64,000 nt of DNA from Epithemia pelagica. Lineage: Eukaryota; Protista; Bacillariophyta. Both the position numbers and the translations under genes were made by a program. The notes under the pieces are model-generated. The model had not been told where the DNA came from. It ran no database searches and was given only the letters and a program-made list of their open reading frames with translations. The stretch covers positions 1,488,001 to 1,552,000 of the forward strand of contig OX337232.1 in NCBI GenBank assembly GCA_946965045.2, given 5' to 3'. This document shows, piece after piece, positions 33,514-43,400 of this stretch (position 1 is the first letter of the stretch; each line of letters begins with the position of its first letter).

Positions 33514-36500
33514 CTTCGCGGTGTTCGACAGCTCTACTCTTTGTGCCTTACCTTTTTCAACGAGATCAGGTAAGCTATTTGACCGAGCAGATACAGTACC
33601 AGACTGGCGCCAGAGAGTGATGTGCGTAAACTTGTTGAACGAAGCCGGTAGAGACGTGCCTTCATCGGTAGTTTTCGGAAGTTCCACCTCCAATGCAGCG
33701 GTTTTCCCATCCCACAGAACTGCACGAACTATGACTTCTGCTCCATGGCCTTCGACTTCTCCATACTTGAGTCGCATCTCGTCCTGCGAAGCACTTACTT
33801 TGTGAACCAATGTCACGTGAGTTTTCAAGACGAACTTTTTGTCCACGCAAAGACTTCCAACTAGGACATCATTGGCAGAATTTTTTCCTGTGATTTTTTT
33901 CCACAAACTTTCTAGTCTCCAATCATCGACATTCTTGAGTAGAAGATTGTGGACATCGTCGACGGATACGTCAACTGAAACGTAGTCAATCATTCTGGTA
34001 GCTTTCTTTTTCAGGTCTTCTTGGAATGGTTTGTCGTCGACATGATCAAAGATTTCACCTTGATCAGCTAGTTCCACCACTTTCTTCACCTTGTCCAGAA
34101 AAGCCTGCTGGGACACTTCCACACCAACTGTCAAGGAATTCAAATACGTTTGGTTTTCCTCCAGAGAAGTCCGTAGCCTTGACTCAAGATCGTCGAGATA
34201 CTCATCTTTTTCTTTTCCCACATCTTTGAAGCCATTTCGAGCTTGAATGGCTTCGACAAGGATATTCTTCAAATCAGTAGGAATGTCGACTTCATCGGAT
34301 CGGAAGAAAGGACTCTCGAAGAAAGGAATCTCAATTGGCTCTCGAGCGATAAATGCTCCAGCATTTTCGAACTTCTCAGATAGAGTAGCCAAGAATTCAT
34401 CAGCTGTTACTCTTTCGTACAAGCAATAAAACATGACGACGATCATGCAAGCACGTTTATGCGACTGGTCCAGCTTTCCTGGGTGTGAATTGGGCGGTCG
34501 GGACATTACTCGGAGCATACATACGGCCAGATAAGTCAGACTGAAGGGGTATCGGTACGTCCTGTCCATACAGATCTCACCATCCCTCTTTCGGAAACCT
34601 TGAACTACCGTAGTAGACAGTGCATGCTCCGGTATTGCTGGGACACCCACCGACGACGTGTCGGCGCATATCCCGGAAAGTGCATCCCAAGTGCCCGACG
34701 GCACGTTCTTATCGGCTATGTAGAGACTTGAAATGTCTTGGCGTTTTTCCTTTGTCACTACTTGCCAGTATTTTCCTGGTGTCTTGTCACCCATTCTTAC
34801 TTTGAGGTTTCTCCTGGGCTCTGTTCTCTTAGATAAAAACTCGTGTAGATTCAGCTCCGCCGATTCATCTATGAGACTCGACTTTCCGCATCCAGGAATC
34901 TGAGGGAAGAATACAAGTATCCCTATTGCAGAAGCAATGTCGTCCAGGTCATCGGTTTTCGAAAATTGCATTATGGGTTTGAGCAAAGTCTCGGTATCTT
35001 TCTTGGAATCTTCGTCTATCTCCATCGCATCGTTACTTAGAATCGCAGCCAAAGGCAAGTCGACTTTCACAGAGGCCGCATTCTTCCTCCATCCATTCAG
35101 ACGATTGAAAACGTTGTCCACCTTGTCCTCTCCGACAACTGATAAAATTTCATCCCATTCACAACCATAGTAGACAATGGCAGTTTTATCGTCAAGACGA
35201 CCTTTCAGGATATTTCGGTATCGACCAGAAGAGTCTTCTAAGCAAACGGAACATACCGCTCCTTCCGTGGTCCCATTAGGAACTGCACTCAGTCCATCAT
35301 AACGAATTTTACATCCCACTTGTTTGGCAACATAATCAGCCGCAGTTTTGGCAGTGTCTTCATCAGGTCCTACTACCACCACAAATCCATTGAAGGAGTC
35401 TCCCGATCGCTCGATTTTACCAGCGTCGTACAGCTCGATGAATTGTTCCAAATGCTCGAGGTAGTTGTCCTGACTCAAGGGTTGCAGTCCTGCGTCTCGT
35501 CTTCGTGAGTACTTCGACAACCGTGGCGCTGCATAGTCTGCCCACGCTCGGAAGAATGGCATCCATGTTTTGCGTGCTTCGGACGACATTTTCCACTTGG
35601 TTAACAGATTGCTCGTGTATTTGACAAACCCCTCACTCCCTCCTTGTTTCAAGTGTTTGAGTCCGTTGCGACATCCAAAGGTTCGCACCATATACGGCAA
35701 AAATTTCATTTTCAACATGAGACCTTTCTCTTCATCCAAGTCGGACATGAATGTTGTTTGATTGTGAGACAATTCGTTTGCGGAGAATTCGTCATCCGCG
35801 GAGAGTTCCAATGCAAATCCTCGAAAGAGGGCCATATCACCAGGACGCACACTTTTGCGATATTTCGAATGGGCATGGTCCAAAATTACATGAATGATAC
35901 AGAGCCATCTCGAGAAGCCATAATTTGTTATTTCTTCCCGTACAATCGAATAATCAACACGGATATTCAGTCGATCCAAGTCCTCAATGACTTGAGCAAT
36001 CCGTCGAGTCTCGACATCGTCGGAATCCCGCAATTTCCGAAGGACGGATGCCACATGTTTGGTTGCCGATTTGGACATTCGTACACCAATGCGGCGGTCC
36101 GGTGTCTCCAAGAGCTGTTTTACTTTGGATGCAAAAGAATTAGGCGCCTCGTCGTTAGTCGTGGATTGCGTTTGAGCAAAAATGGTTCGAAGGTCGGTCG
36201 ACAAGCATTTTGGCAACTTCTTTCCGTAATGACATGCTGTAATCAACTCAAAACAATCGGGTAAACTGGATGGAACCTTTGTGGAACACAGATCGTCTGC
36301 GACCCTCGCCAAGGACGCCATGTCGCGATTGATCTCATTCTCATCCATAGTTTCCTTGCTGTTTTCGGGATGGGGGACGTATCGAATGACAATGCCTTCC
36401 AGGATATCGCCCTGGAATTCGGTATGAGGATAGAGACTCCGCACTCGTGTTTCCGCTGCCTTTGTCAAGGTGTGTTCGACAAAGGAAGCCAAACTGGTTT

Positions 36501-38268
36501 CACGGCAATGGTCGTAAAACTCAAACAATGCCTTTGTGCTTTGGGGAGACGTGAACTGCCAAAAATCATTGTGCGGCAATCGAAACCGTTGCGCCAAGGC
36601 GACGACTTGTGCCGTCGAGTAAAATTGTTCCCGAGTTCGATCGGCCACAGCGGTCAAGATTAAAAAGTCACGCTTTGGCTTGTCGCCATGATCACCCAAG
36701 ACAGCCGTCACTACCTCAAAGGCCAAGGTCAATCGTTGCGACTCGACAAAGTCACTGCATTCGTGATAGTGTGCTTCAGCTTGCCAGTCAAGTTTCATGT
36801 TCGTATCCCCTTCCGTGTCTTTGCTGTCGTCCTGATCATTCCAAAATGCTCGAATAAAGTGTTGTCGAAGCAGAATTTCTCCCACATGGGTGAACTTATT
36901 GTCCATGGAATTCTTACTGTAGTAGCGCTGTCCTCCACTCCACAACAAGAGGGATCCAGAGTGTTTCAAACTAACTTCCAAATACCCGTCTCCCTGTTGA
37001 ACTTTTTCTTGCATGGCCATTCGAATCTTTTTGTCTCCTTCATTGTCAAATTTGGGATGAAAAATGGCCTCCAACCGAATTCGTGTGGTGTCGGCCAAGG
37101 ATGGTGGGGATGCTGTCGCTACTCTAGCCGCGTGAGATTCTTGGGTTTCGTTATTCCCATTGCCAGTCATTGTTTTAATGCTTCGTTTGGCATGTGATAC
37201 CAATTGGTCCATGCTTCGCTTGCGCGAAGATCCACTGGACAAGGAAGCAGAAGATGTTGTGGTTTCTTTCTCATCCTTTCCAGTGTTGGTGAAAGTTTCA
37301 CAATCAATGGATTGTGCCTCGAGTTGTTCTCTTACTTCGCTCGTTTGCCGAGAAATGGATACTGTCCCATCGATGGGTGCTTCTGCCATGTTCTGGTTGG
37401 CATCTTCTTCTTGTTGATACCGTTCCATGGCTTGTTGGGCCAATTGTCGACGAATGTTTCGTGCGGCTTGATTGCGATTTTGAATGTCCATTTGGTGTAG
37501 TTGCTCTTCTTCCAACCGATGCATGGTTTGACACGCCGTTTGAATAGCCTGCCACGTTTCGGGATCAATGGACGTTGTCGACGTTTCACCCGATTGAAAG
37601 ATGCGATCAATGCGTGATTTGCGATCCCACAAGATATCATCCGCCTGCACTGCAGGCAGAGATGCAGTACTACTAGTTGGTCCAACTTGCCGTCGAAAGT
37701 ATTGAATGCGATGTTCTGGAATGTCTCCTCCTCCTCCTACAGCATTGTCTCCCACACGGACAAAATCAGACACAAAAGTCTCCATTGGTCCATGAATGCG
37801 ATCGTCGTACCCAATAATGATTTGATTGGGATCGTACATGGTCGAATCGTATTTCAAGCGATTTAATACATCGTGCGATGTTCGCAAGGAGGGGCGTGAC
37901 TCTGATTCGTCATCCTCGGCATGCCGTCGTGCGTGGTGCTTTTTCTTGGTGGACGACGCCTTTTTCTTTCGAGGATTTGGTGACATGGAGGACCTGAATG
38001 ACTCTTGCGCAAACAACAAAAGAGGGAAATAGGAAAATTGGCGTCCAACAACAGAGGAGCGAGGGAAACCGGAATAAGTAAGGGACCCCAAAGACGGTTT
38101 CCTAGTAGATAATGAGAAGGGAACCAAAGTCAGGGTATCCACAGCCTTGGTCAGTCTATGGGACTTGGAAACCAACGAACGCGAAGGACCACTACGAATA
38201 AAGGCAGACGTTTGTGCAGCAGTAGTGAGGAAGGAAACCTGCACCCACGTGAGGATGGCCGCTCTCAT
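33490..38268 (-). CDS. RNL: Plant-type tRNA/RNA ligase (ligase + polynucleotide kinase + cyclic phosphodiesterase) with an N-terminal MJ1316/DUF504-like domain
   Basis: Ligase motifs SLKHSGSL, FEVVTAVLGDHG and LKMKFLPYMVRTF. Kinase motifs FFPQIPGCGKS, IADKN and LRVMSR...HPGKLD. Phosphodiesterase HVTL and HITL. MJ1316-like DVLNRLKYD...IGYDDR...DIPEHRIQYF...ILWDRKSRID. Confidence 0.88.
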   Translation of the reverse strand: MRAAILTWVQVSFLTTAAQTSAFIRSGPSRSLVSKSHRLTKAVDTLTLVPFSLSTRKPSLGSLTYSGFPRSSVVGRQFSYFPLLLFAQESFRSSMSPNPRKKKASSTKKKHHARRHAEDDESESRPSLRTSHDVLNRLKYDSTMYDPNQIIIGYDDRIHGPMETFVSDFVRVGDNAVGGGGDIPEHRIQYFRRQVGPTSSTASLPAVQADDILWDRKSRIDRIFQSGETSTTSIDPETWQAIQTACQTMHRLEEEQLHQMDIQNRNQAARNIRRQLAQQAMERYQQEEDANQNMAEAPIDGTVSISRQTSEVREQLEAQSIDCETFTNTGKDEKETTTSSASLSSGSSRKRSMDQLVSHAKRSIKTMTGNGNNETQESHAARVATASPPSLADTTRIRLEAIFHPKFDNEGDKKIRMAMQEKVQQGDGYLEVSLKHSGSLLLWSGGQRYYSKNSMDNKFTHVGEILLRQHFIRAFWNDQDDSKDTEGDTNMKLDWQAEAHYHECSDFVESQRLTLAFEVVTAVLGDHGDKPKRDFLILTAVADRTREQFYSTAQVVALAQRFRLPHNDFWQFTSPQSTKALFEFYDHCRETSLASFVEHTLTKAAETRVRSLYPHTEFQGDILEGIVIRYVPHPENSKETMDENEINRDMASLARVADDLCSTKVPSSLPDCFELITACHYGKKLPKCLSTDLRTIFAQTQSTTNDEAPNSFASKVKQLLETPDRRIGVRMSKSATKHVASVLRKLRDSDDVETRRIAQVIEDLDRLNIRVDYSIVREEITNYGFSRWLCIIHVILDHAHSKYRKSVRPGDMALFRGFALELSADDEFSANELSHNQTTFMSDLDEEKGLMLKMKFLPYMVRTFGCRNGLKHLKQGGSEGFVKYTSNLLTKWKMSSEARKTWMPFFRAWADYAAPRLSKYSRRRDAGLQPLSQDNYLEHLEQFIELYDAGKIERSGDSFNGFVVVVGPDEDTAKTAADYVAKQVGCKIRYDGLSAVPNGTTEGAVCSVCLEDSSGRYRNILKGRLDDKTAIVYYGCEWDEILSVVGEDKVDNVFNRLNGWRKNAASVKVDLPLAAILSNDAMEIDEDSKKDTETLLKPIMQFSKTDDLDDIASAIGILVFFPQIPGCGKSSLIDESAELNLHEFLSKRTEPRRNLKVRMGDKTPGKYWQVVTKEKRQDISSLYIADKNVPSGTWDALSGICADTSSVGVPAIPEHALSTTVVQGFRKRDGEICMDRTYRYPFSLTYLAVCMLRVMSRPPNSHPGKLDQSHKRACMIVVMFYCLYERVTADEFLATLSEKFENAGAFIAREPIEIPFFESPFFRSDEVDIPTDLKNILVEAIQARNGFKDVGKEKDEYLDDLESRLRTSLEENQTYLNSLTVGVEVSQQAFLDKVKKVVELADQGEIFDHVDDKPFQEDLKKKATRMIDYVSVDVSVDDVHNLLLKNVDDWRLESLWKKITGKNSANDVLVGSLCVDKKFVLKTHVTLVHKVSASQDEMRLKYGEVEGHGAEVIVRAVLWDGKTAALEVELPKTTDEGTSLPASFNKFTHITLWRQSGTVSARSNSLPDLVEKGKAQRVELSNTAKLKGRITL

Positions 38269-38606
38269 TTAATCCTCTTGGTTGTGTCTGGTCCTCAGAC
38301 CTCAGACCTCAGACCTGCACCACACTGGCCGGCAGTGCCCGAGAAATTGTGAGAGCGTCGATGTCGCGAAAGATACACCAAATCGATCTTCGTGGCGAGG
38401 AATCGGCAAAAATTGCAACCACTGGGAGATGGGGTAATCCTGAGCAGGTCGCTACCTTACCAGTCAGATACTGACTGTGACCTATAGGAGTTACCGAACG
38501 CTTTTTCTGAATAAAGAACACTCTAGCGACAAAAGATGATATACTGACTGCTAGTACTATTATAACCCACCACCACCCGGTTCATAACCGCTACATATTT
38601 GTACTG

Positions 38607-39545
38607 CTAGTCATCTTCCACTTCGATCTGAAACACTTTCGCCTCACCATTTTCAATCTTCATCTGAACCAGATTCACCACTGCTCCAAACACCTTGTGA
38701 TGCCCATCCAGATCTCCTCTGTATTTCTCCTTTAAGATATTGTAATGTTTCAGTAAATTGTTGACAGTTTCATGTCTCGCCCTGGCATCTGCCATCATCT
38801 TGTCTTGATAGTCATTTCTTCCAGTAGGTGTGACAAAGTAGCATCCAGAATCGTTGTAACCACCATCAGCAATCACTTTCTCATTCGGTAGTAGCTCTTG
38901 AACAAGCCAGTCTCTGGCAATCCGTAGGTCTGGCCGAGCGCCACAAGGGAATGCACCATTCCACCACACTATCCAGCCAGTTTTCAGGCAGATTCCCACC
39001 TCATACCTCACACCTGCTCCCTTAAACTTGTGTGAGTACCATTTTGGATCAAAAGGTGACGGCTCCAAAATCCTGAAGTCAGTACCATCCAAACTAATGA
39101 AACAGACCTGTCCAGGTACACAACAATCAAACCTATTGTCCCATACAATCTGTAATAAGAACAACAGCAATGGTCAGATATGAGGAGGACGACTTCATGG
39201 CAAATTCATGTAGGGCCATGTACTTACATAATGAAGACCACTATACAACAAATCTACAAACACTTTGACCCACTTCCTGAAGGTCTTCCTTGTTGTTTTG
39301 GCTATTGAGACCATAACATCCTCTGTAGCATAGACTTTCAGAAAAGCCAGTGTCCACAACAAATGACGAGGCGATGCACCTTTGGGCAATGAACTGTCAA
39401 GTTCATCCCACACATGAACACAGAGCAAAGGAGACATTCCAAAGTAAGAGCAAAAAGCACGTGAGAAATCAAGTGAATGTGAGTGTCTTGCTCTACCAAG
39501 CATTGGCAGAGCCAAGTTAATGAATGTTCGTTGTGTCACCAACAT
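38607..39545 (-). CDS. Harbinger/ISL2EU-like DDE transposase; exons 39545-39228 and 39149-38607 (286 aa)
   Basis: Catalytic triad in ISLDGTD, IADGGY and RHETVN; WYSHKFKG. A phase-0 GT-AG intron at 39227-39150 joins the helical N-domain. Confidence 0.88.
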
Positions 39546-39884
39546 GGTGGGAGAAAATCGCTTTGGAAAATTTATGTTTGCTCAGTTTGTGTCGCGATGC
39601 TGACCACACCTTCACTCTGATCTTGGTCTGTCTCTGTGTAGTACTGTCAGTTCATTGGAACAGGTTTTTTGAAATTTCATCACGTGCATTTGATTGGCTG
39701 GTCAGTTGAGCAGTGAGACTAAACTTTGTACTGTTCTACATATAGTGACTCATTCGAATTCGTGTCCGGTCATTGGAACCGGCCTGGAACGGTGCAGAAA
39801 TCGATTCAAAAATCGTTTTCATTCAAAAACTGGAATTTCTGAAGGGCCCTACCTCGCCAACATCCTATTCCTTGCTACATCTTA

Positions 39885-40107
39885 AGCGACCCACATATTG
39901 CCCTTATCTTGGGTAAACTGTGGGTCGCTTGATTATATCATTTGAACCACTAGAAAGTGTCCTGGGTCGGTTTTGAAAAAACGACCTGGCTCGAAAAAAC
40001 GACCCAGCTCGTTTTTTTAAAACCGACCCAGGACACCTTATAAGTGCCCAATTCGTTTGGACGAACGACCCACGGTTGACCCAAGGCAAGGGCAATACGT
40101 GGGTCGC
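39885..40107. repeat. Nested imperfect palindrome between the two divergent Harbinger genes
   Basis: Outer arms of about 43 bp (CGACCCACATATTGCCCTT...GTGGGTCG and its reverse complement). Inner arms of about 30 bp (GTGTCCTGGGTCGGTTTT...AAAACGA). Confidence 0.85.
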
Positions 40108-40608
40108 ACTACTTTCAGAATTGGAGCCAAATTGGGCATGGCCTCCTCGATTGAAAAATGGAGTCCATGATGAAAACCGACCCAGTTTGGATTTTGGTGA
40201 ACTGTTTTTAGGGTCATAATTAGTTTTCGTGCGAACAGACCAGTCTGGTTTTGCACTCCCTCGCGCTACAGTTTTAAGTACTAATAGTACCTATACTCCG
40301 ATGACCAGGTCTGGCCGCAACACTTTGGGCGAGGGTGCCCTGCTTTCGTGGGATTTGAAGTTGAAAGATGCCGAATTCCTTGACAAAATCGTGTCAGAAG
40401 GCTTGATTCTGGAGAGCGCCACACCCAAATCTGTGTGGTTGGAACATGCTGTTTTCCAAAAGTACAAATTGGAATCATTCAGGTCGGCCCTCAACAAAGC
40501 CAAAAAAAATATCAAGTCCACTTGAAGGATCAACATGAGAGAGAGACTGGTCATGAGTTGTTGGGTGGTGGTGAGACGGCCCCATCTATGGGTGGAAAGG
40601 TAAGGAAC

Positions 40609-43400
40609 TAGAGGTGGCTCCAGCGGTAAGCGGACGCGCAGCTCCAGCGCTGGAGCTCCAGCGCTGGAGAAACTCCAGCAGAGATTTTCTGTTGCGAGAA
40701 AACAGCGCTACATTGTGGTCGCCGTTCTCTGTGACTGTTCTGCCTGTTGCATGTCATTCATTTGCTCCGCACTGGTCATTGCTGACCCTGTGTCATTCAT
40801 TTGCTCCACACTGCCTTCCACAATGTCTGATTACAATGATGATGATGACTCATCAAAGGTGGAAGAGCTTGATATGGATGGCACTTCGAAGGCCACGCAG
40901 AAAAAGAAGGTTCTCTCGGATGGATACAACAGGCCACCCATCATTGTATCATACCGAGGAGAGGATATTGATGTAACCCAAAAGTATAAAAATGCTACAG
41001 ACAAAGTATATGTTCCTTCTTCGGAGAAGAAAGCCTTCTATTGGAATTTTTATCATTGTGGAGTACAAAATTGTCCGGGGGGAAAAGAAGAGAAGCAAAC
41101 ATCTGTTGCGATGTGCAACCTTTGTGGCAAGGTATTGACTATCAAAAGCAGGAACTATTCCACATTGGAGAAGCACCTTCTGTCAGTCGTCCACTCTGGA
41201 TTATATCGGGCTGCCTTAGAACAACATACGGACAAGCTATCAAAAAGCCAGAAAGCTCTGATTCAAGATGCCTCACGACAACAAAATGCTACAGGATCAA
41301 GGAAAAAGCCACCACACCAGAATTCCATACTTCCTTTTGCAAAAAGGAAGTCAGCTCAAGATGTAGCAAAAGAGAAGGATGACCTTACTATGGCAGCACT
41401 CGATGCCCATGTTAGATTTAGAGTTGAGACATTCACTCCACTTCAAAGGTTTGATCACAAGTCATTTCGGGAGCTTTTGAATGTCGTTGCACAATGCGGA
41501 ATGAAAGGAGCCTGCTATTCCTTTGGCAGAAAAAGGATTGGAGAACGGACAGCCGCTCTGGCAGAGATTGGCCGACAAAAACTAAAGAAAGAGTTGCAGG
41601 GGCAAGTATTGAGTATTACGACCGACCATTGGACGAGTCGTCGTGGTCATACCTACGCAACCCTTACTGCTCAGTACATTTCACAGGATTTTGTGCTTAA
41701 AAATCTGGTACTCGGTGTTTATCATTATAGTGGAAGTACTACAGCAGATCGGATGGAGGCCGACTTGAAATCCCAACTGCAGAAATGGGGCATTGTTAAG
41801 TCAGCTACGTTTATTGTAACGGACACTGCGGCCAACATGAACGCAATGGGCGTGTCTCTTGAAAATGACAAGAATGAAACCAAAATGGAGCACATCTACT
41901 GCCTTGATCATGTCGTCCAGTTAGTTGCCAAAATTGCCTTTGATGCCAAGATAAATGGGCAAGCTCTAGGGACAGTAGACGACATGATGCAGAACAATTC
42001 TGACAACGATGACGATGACGATGAAAATGGTGTATCCCTTCTAAAAAAAATGCGCGGTCTCATTGGCTATTTTAATCGGTCGTCTCAGGCACAGGAGACT
42101 CTAGAAGAAATTGCAAAAAATGTTGCAAAGAGCAGGAATGATGACACCAAGGCATTCTCTCTCGTCCAGGACGTCGTGACCCGTTGGTGGTCTACTTTGA
42201 ATTCGATTGAGAGACTCTTGAAACTGAAGCCAAGTCTCATCCAGTTTTTTTCATTAACTGAACAGTCCAACCTCAAGCGGTGGGCAGGAAAGAAAAAACC
42301 ACCCACATTGCCCACTCAAGAAGAATTCAGTGCCCTCCAGCAACTAACAATTCTTCTCGCGCCCTTCAAAGAGGCGCAGAAGAAGTTGTCTGGAAAGTAC
42401 TACGTGACCTCCTCAATCACAATACTTCTCCTACTGAGTATATCAAAGAACTTGGATGACCTAATGGAAGAAGAATATATGAATAGCGATGTGATACACT
42501 TGGCAAAACAAATGAAAGAAGAGTTTGTGAAGCATTTCGGGAACATACAGGAGTCATTCACAAGATCCGTTGTCCGTGGTTCTCGCAAACGACAGATGGG
42601 GCTACATCCAGCCTTTTTTAAGGCCTACGCCTTGGATCCGAGGACAAAAGAAATGAAAATGCTCTCGACAGACACCCAATCAAAAATTTGGGATGAGTTG
42701 TTGAAGGAGCTGGTGGAGTGGGGACCGGAAGACCAAGACAGCGAAAACATGAAGAGAACGACCAATCAGCCAGATGATGGTGTTGATCCTGGCACCACAG
42801 CTTCTTCACCGCTACAAAAAAAGCAGAAAGCTGAGACTGAAATTGAAGTTAGTGACACACTAGGAAATATCCTGGAAAATGAAGACAGTGACGGAGAAGA
42901 AATGACGAGCTATGCGGGTCATGTTCCATTTCAAACCATCTGCCATCTTGAAATGGATAGGTTTCGTAGATCCAAGGGACTCAAGTTGTCATATAAAGTC
43001 AATGATACAACAAGATTCACGGATCCTTTGGCGTCATGGTGGAAGATGAAAGAAAGTGAATTTCCCAACATTTGGCGCCTAGCAAGAAAATATCTTGCGT
43101 TGCCTGCGACTGCTGCCTCTTCTGAACGGGCATTCAGTATTGCAGGACTGATCATATCTGCGAAACAAGCATCACTGGACCCTTCCACCGTTACAGATTT
43201 ACATTTTTTACGTGAGAATTGGGAACATGTGTTCTCACCATAAGATAGATTCACTAGGAGTAGCTTCTAGCTAAGCATTTTCATCCTGGTAGCATAGGTA
43301 GTCTTTTCTCCAGCTGGAGGCGCTCACCTAGCTCCAGCAGAGACGTCTCCAGCGCTTACCTAGCTCCAGCAGAGATGAGCTGTTGCTGGAGCCACCTCTA
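40609..43400 (+). mobile_element. Intact autonomous hAT transposon
   Basis: Perfect 16-bp TIR TAGAGGTGGCTCCAGC; identical 8-bp TSD TAAGGAAC at 40601-40608 and 43401-43408; subterminal CTCCAGC arrays at both ends. Confidence 0.96.
40823..43243 (+). CDS. hAT transposase with BED zinc finger
   Basis: CNLC...LEKHLLSVVH, ITTDHWTS, VTDTAANM, CLDH, TRWWST and SSERAFS. Uninterrupted 806-codon frame. Confidence 0.95.
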   Translation: MSDYNDDDDSSKVEELDMDGTSKATQKKKVLSDGYNRPPIIVSYRGEDIDVTQKYKNATDKVYVPSSEKKAFYWNFYHCGVQNCPGGKEEKQTSVAMCNLCGKVLTIKSRNYSTLEKHLLSVVHSGLYRAALEQHTDKLSKSQKALIQDASRQQNATGSRKKPPHQNSILPFAKRKSAQDVAKEKDDLTMAALDAHVRFRVETFTPLQRFDHKSFRELLNVVAQCGMKGACYSFGRKRIGERTAALAEIGRQKLKKELQGQVLSITTDHWTSRRGHTYATLTAQYISQDFVLKNLVLGVYHYSGSTTADRMEADLKSQLQKWGIVKSATFIVTDTAANMNAMGVSLENDKNETKMEHIYCLDHVVQLVAKIAFDAKINGQALGTVDDMMQNNSDNDDDDDENGVSLLKKMRGLIGYFNRSSQAQETLEEIAKNVAKSRNDDTKAFSLVQDVVTRWWSTLNSIERLLKLKPSLIQFFSLTEQSNLKRWAGKKKPPTLPTQEEFSALQQLTILLAPFKEAQKKLSGKYYVTSSITILLLLSISKNLDDLMEEEYMNSDVIHLAKQMKEEFVKHFGNIQESFTRSVVRGSRKRQMGLHPAFFKAYALDPRTKEMKMLSTDTQSKIWDELLKELVEWGPEDQDSENMKRTTNQPDDGVDPGTTASSPLQKKQKAETEIEVSDTLGNILENEDSDGEEMTSYAGHVPFQTICHLEMDRFRRSKGLKLSYKVNDTTRFTDPLASWWKMKESEFPNIWRLARKYLALPATAASSERAFSIAGLIISAKQASLDPSTVTDLHFLRENWEHVFSP

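Noticed and set aside
3845-38268. Apparent cluster of organellar RNA-metabolism genes (rsmB, RNase HII fusion, RNL) as an operon-like system
   Set aside because: They are interspersed with unrelated housekeeping genes in mixed orientation. Without synteny data this is consistent with chance.
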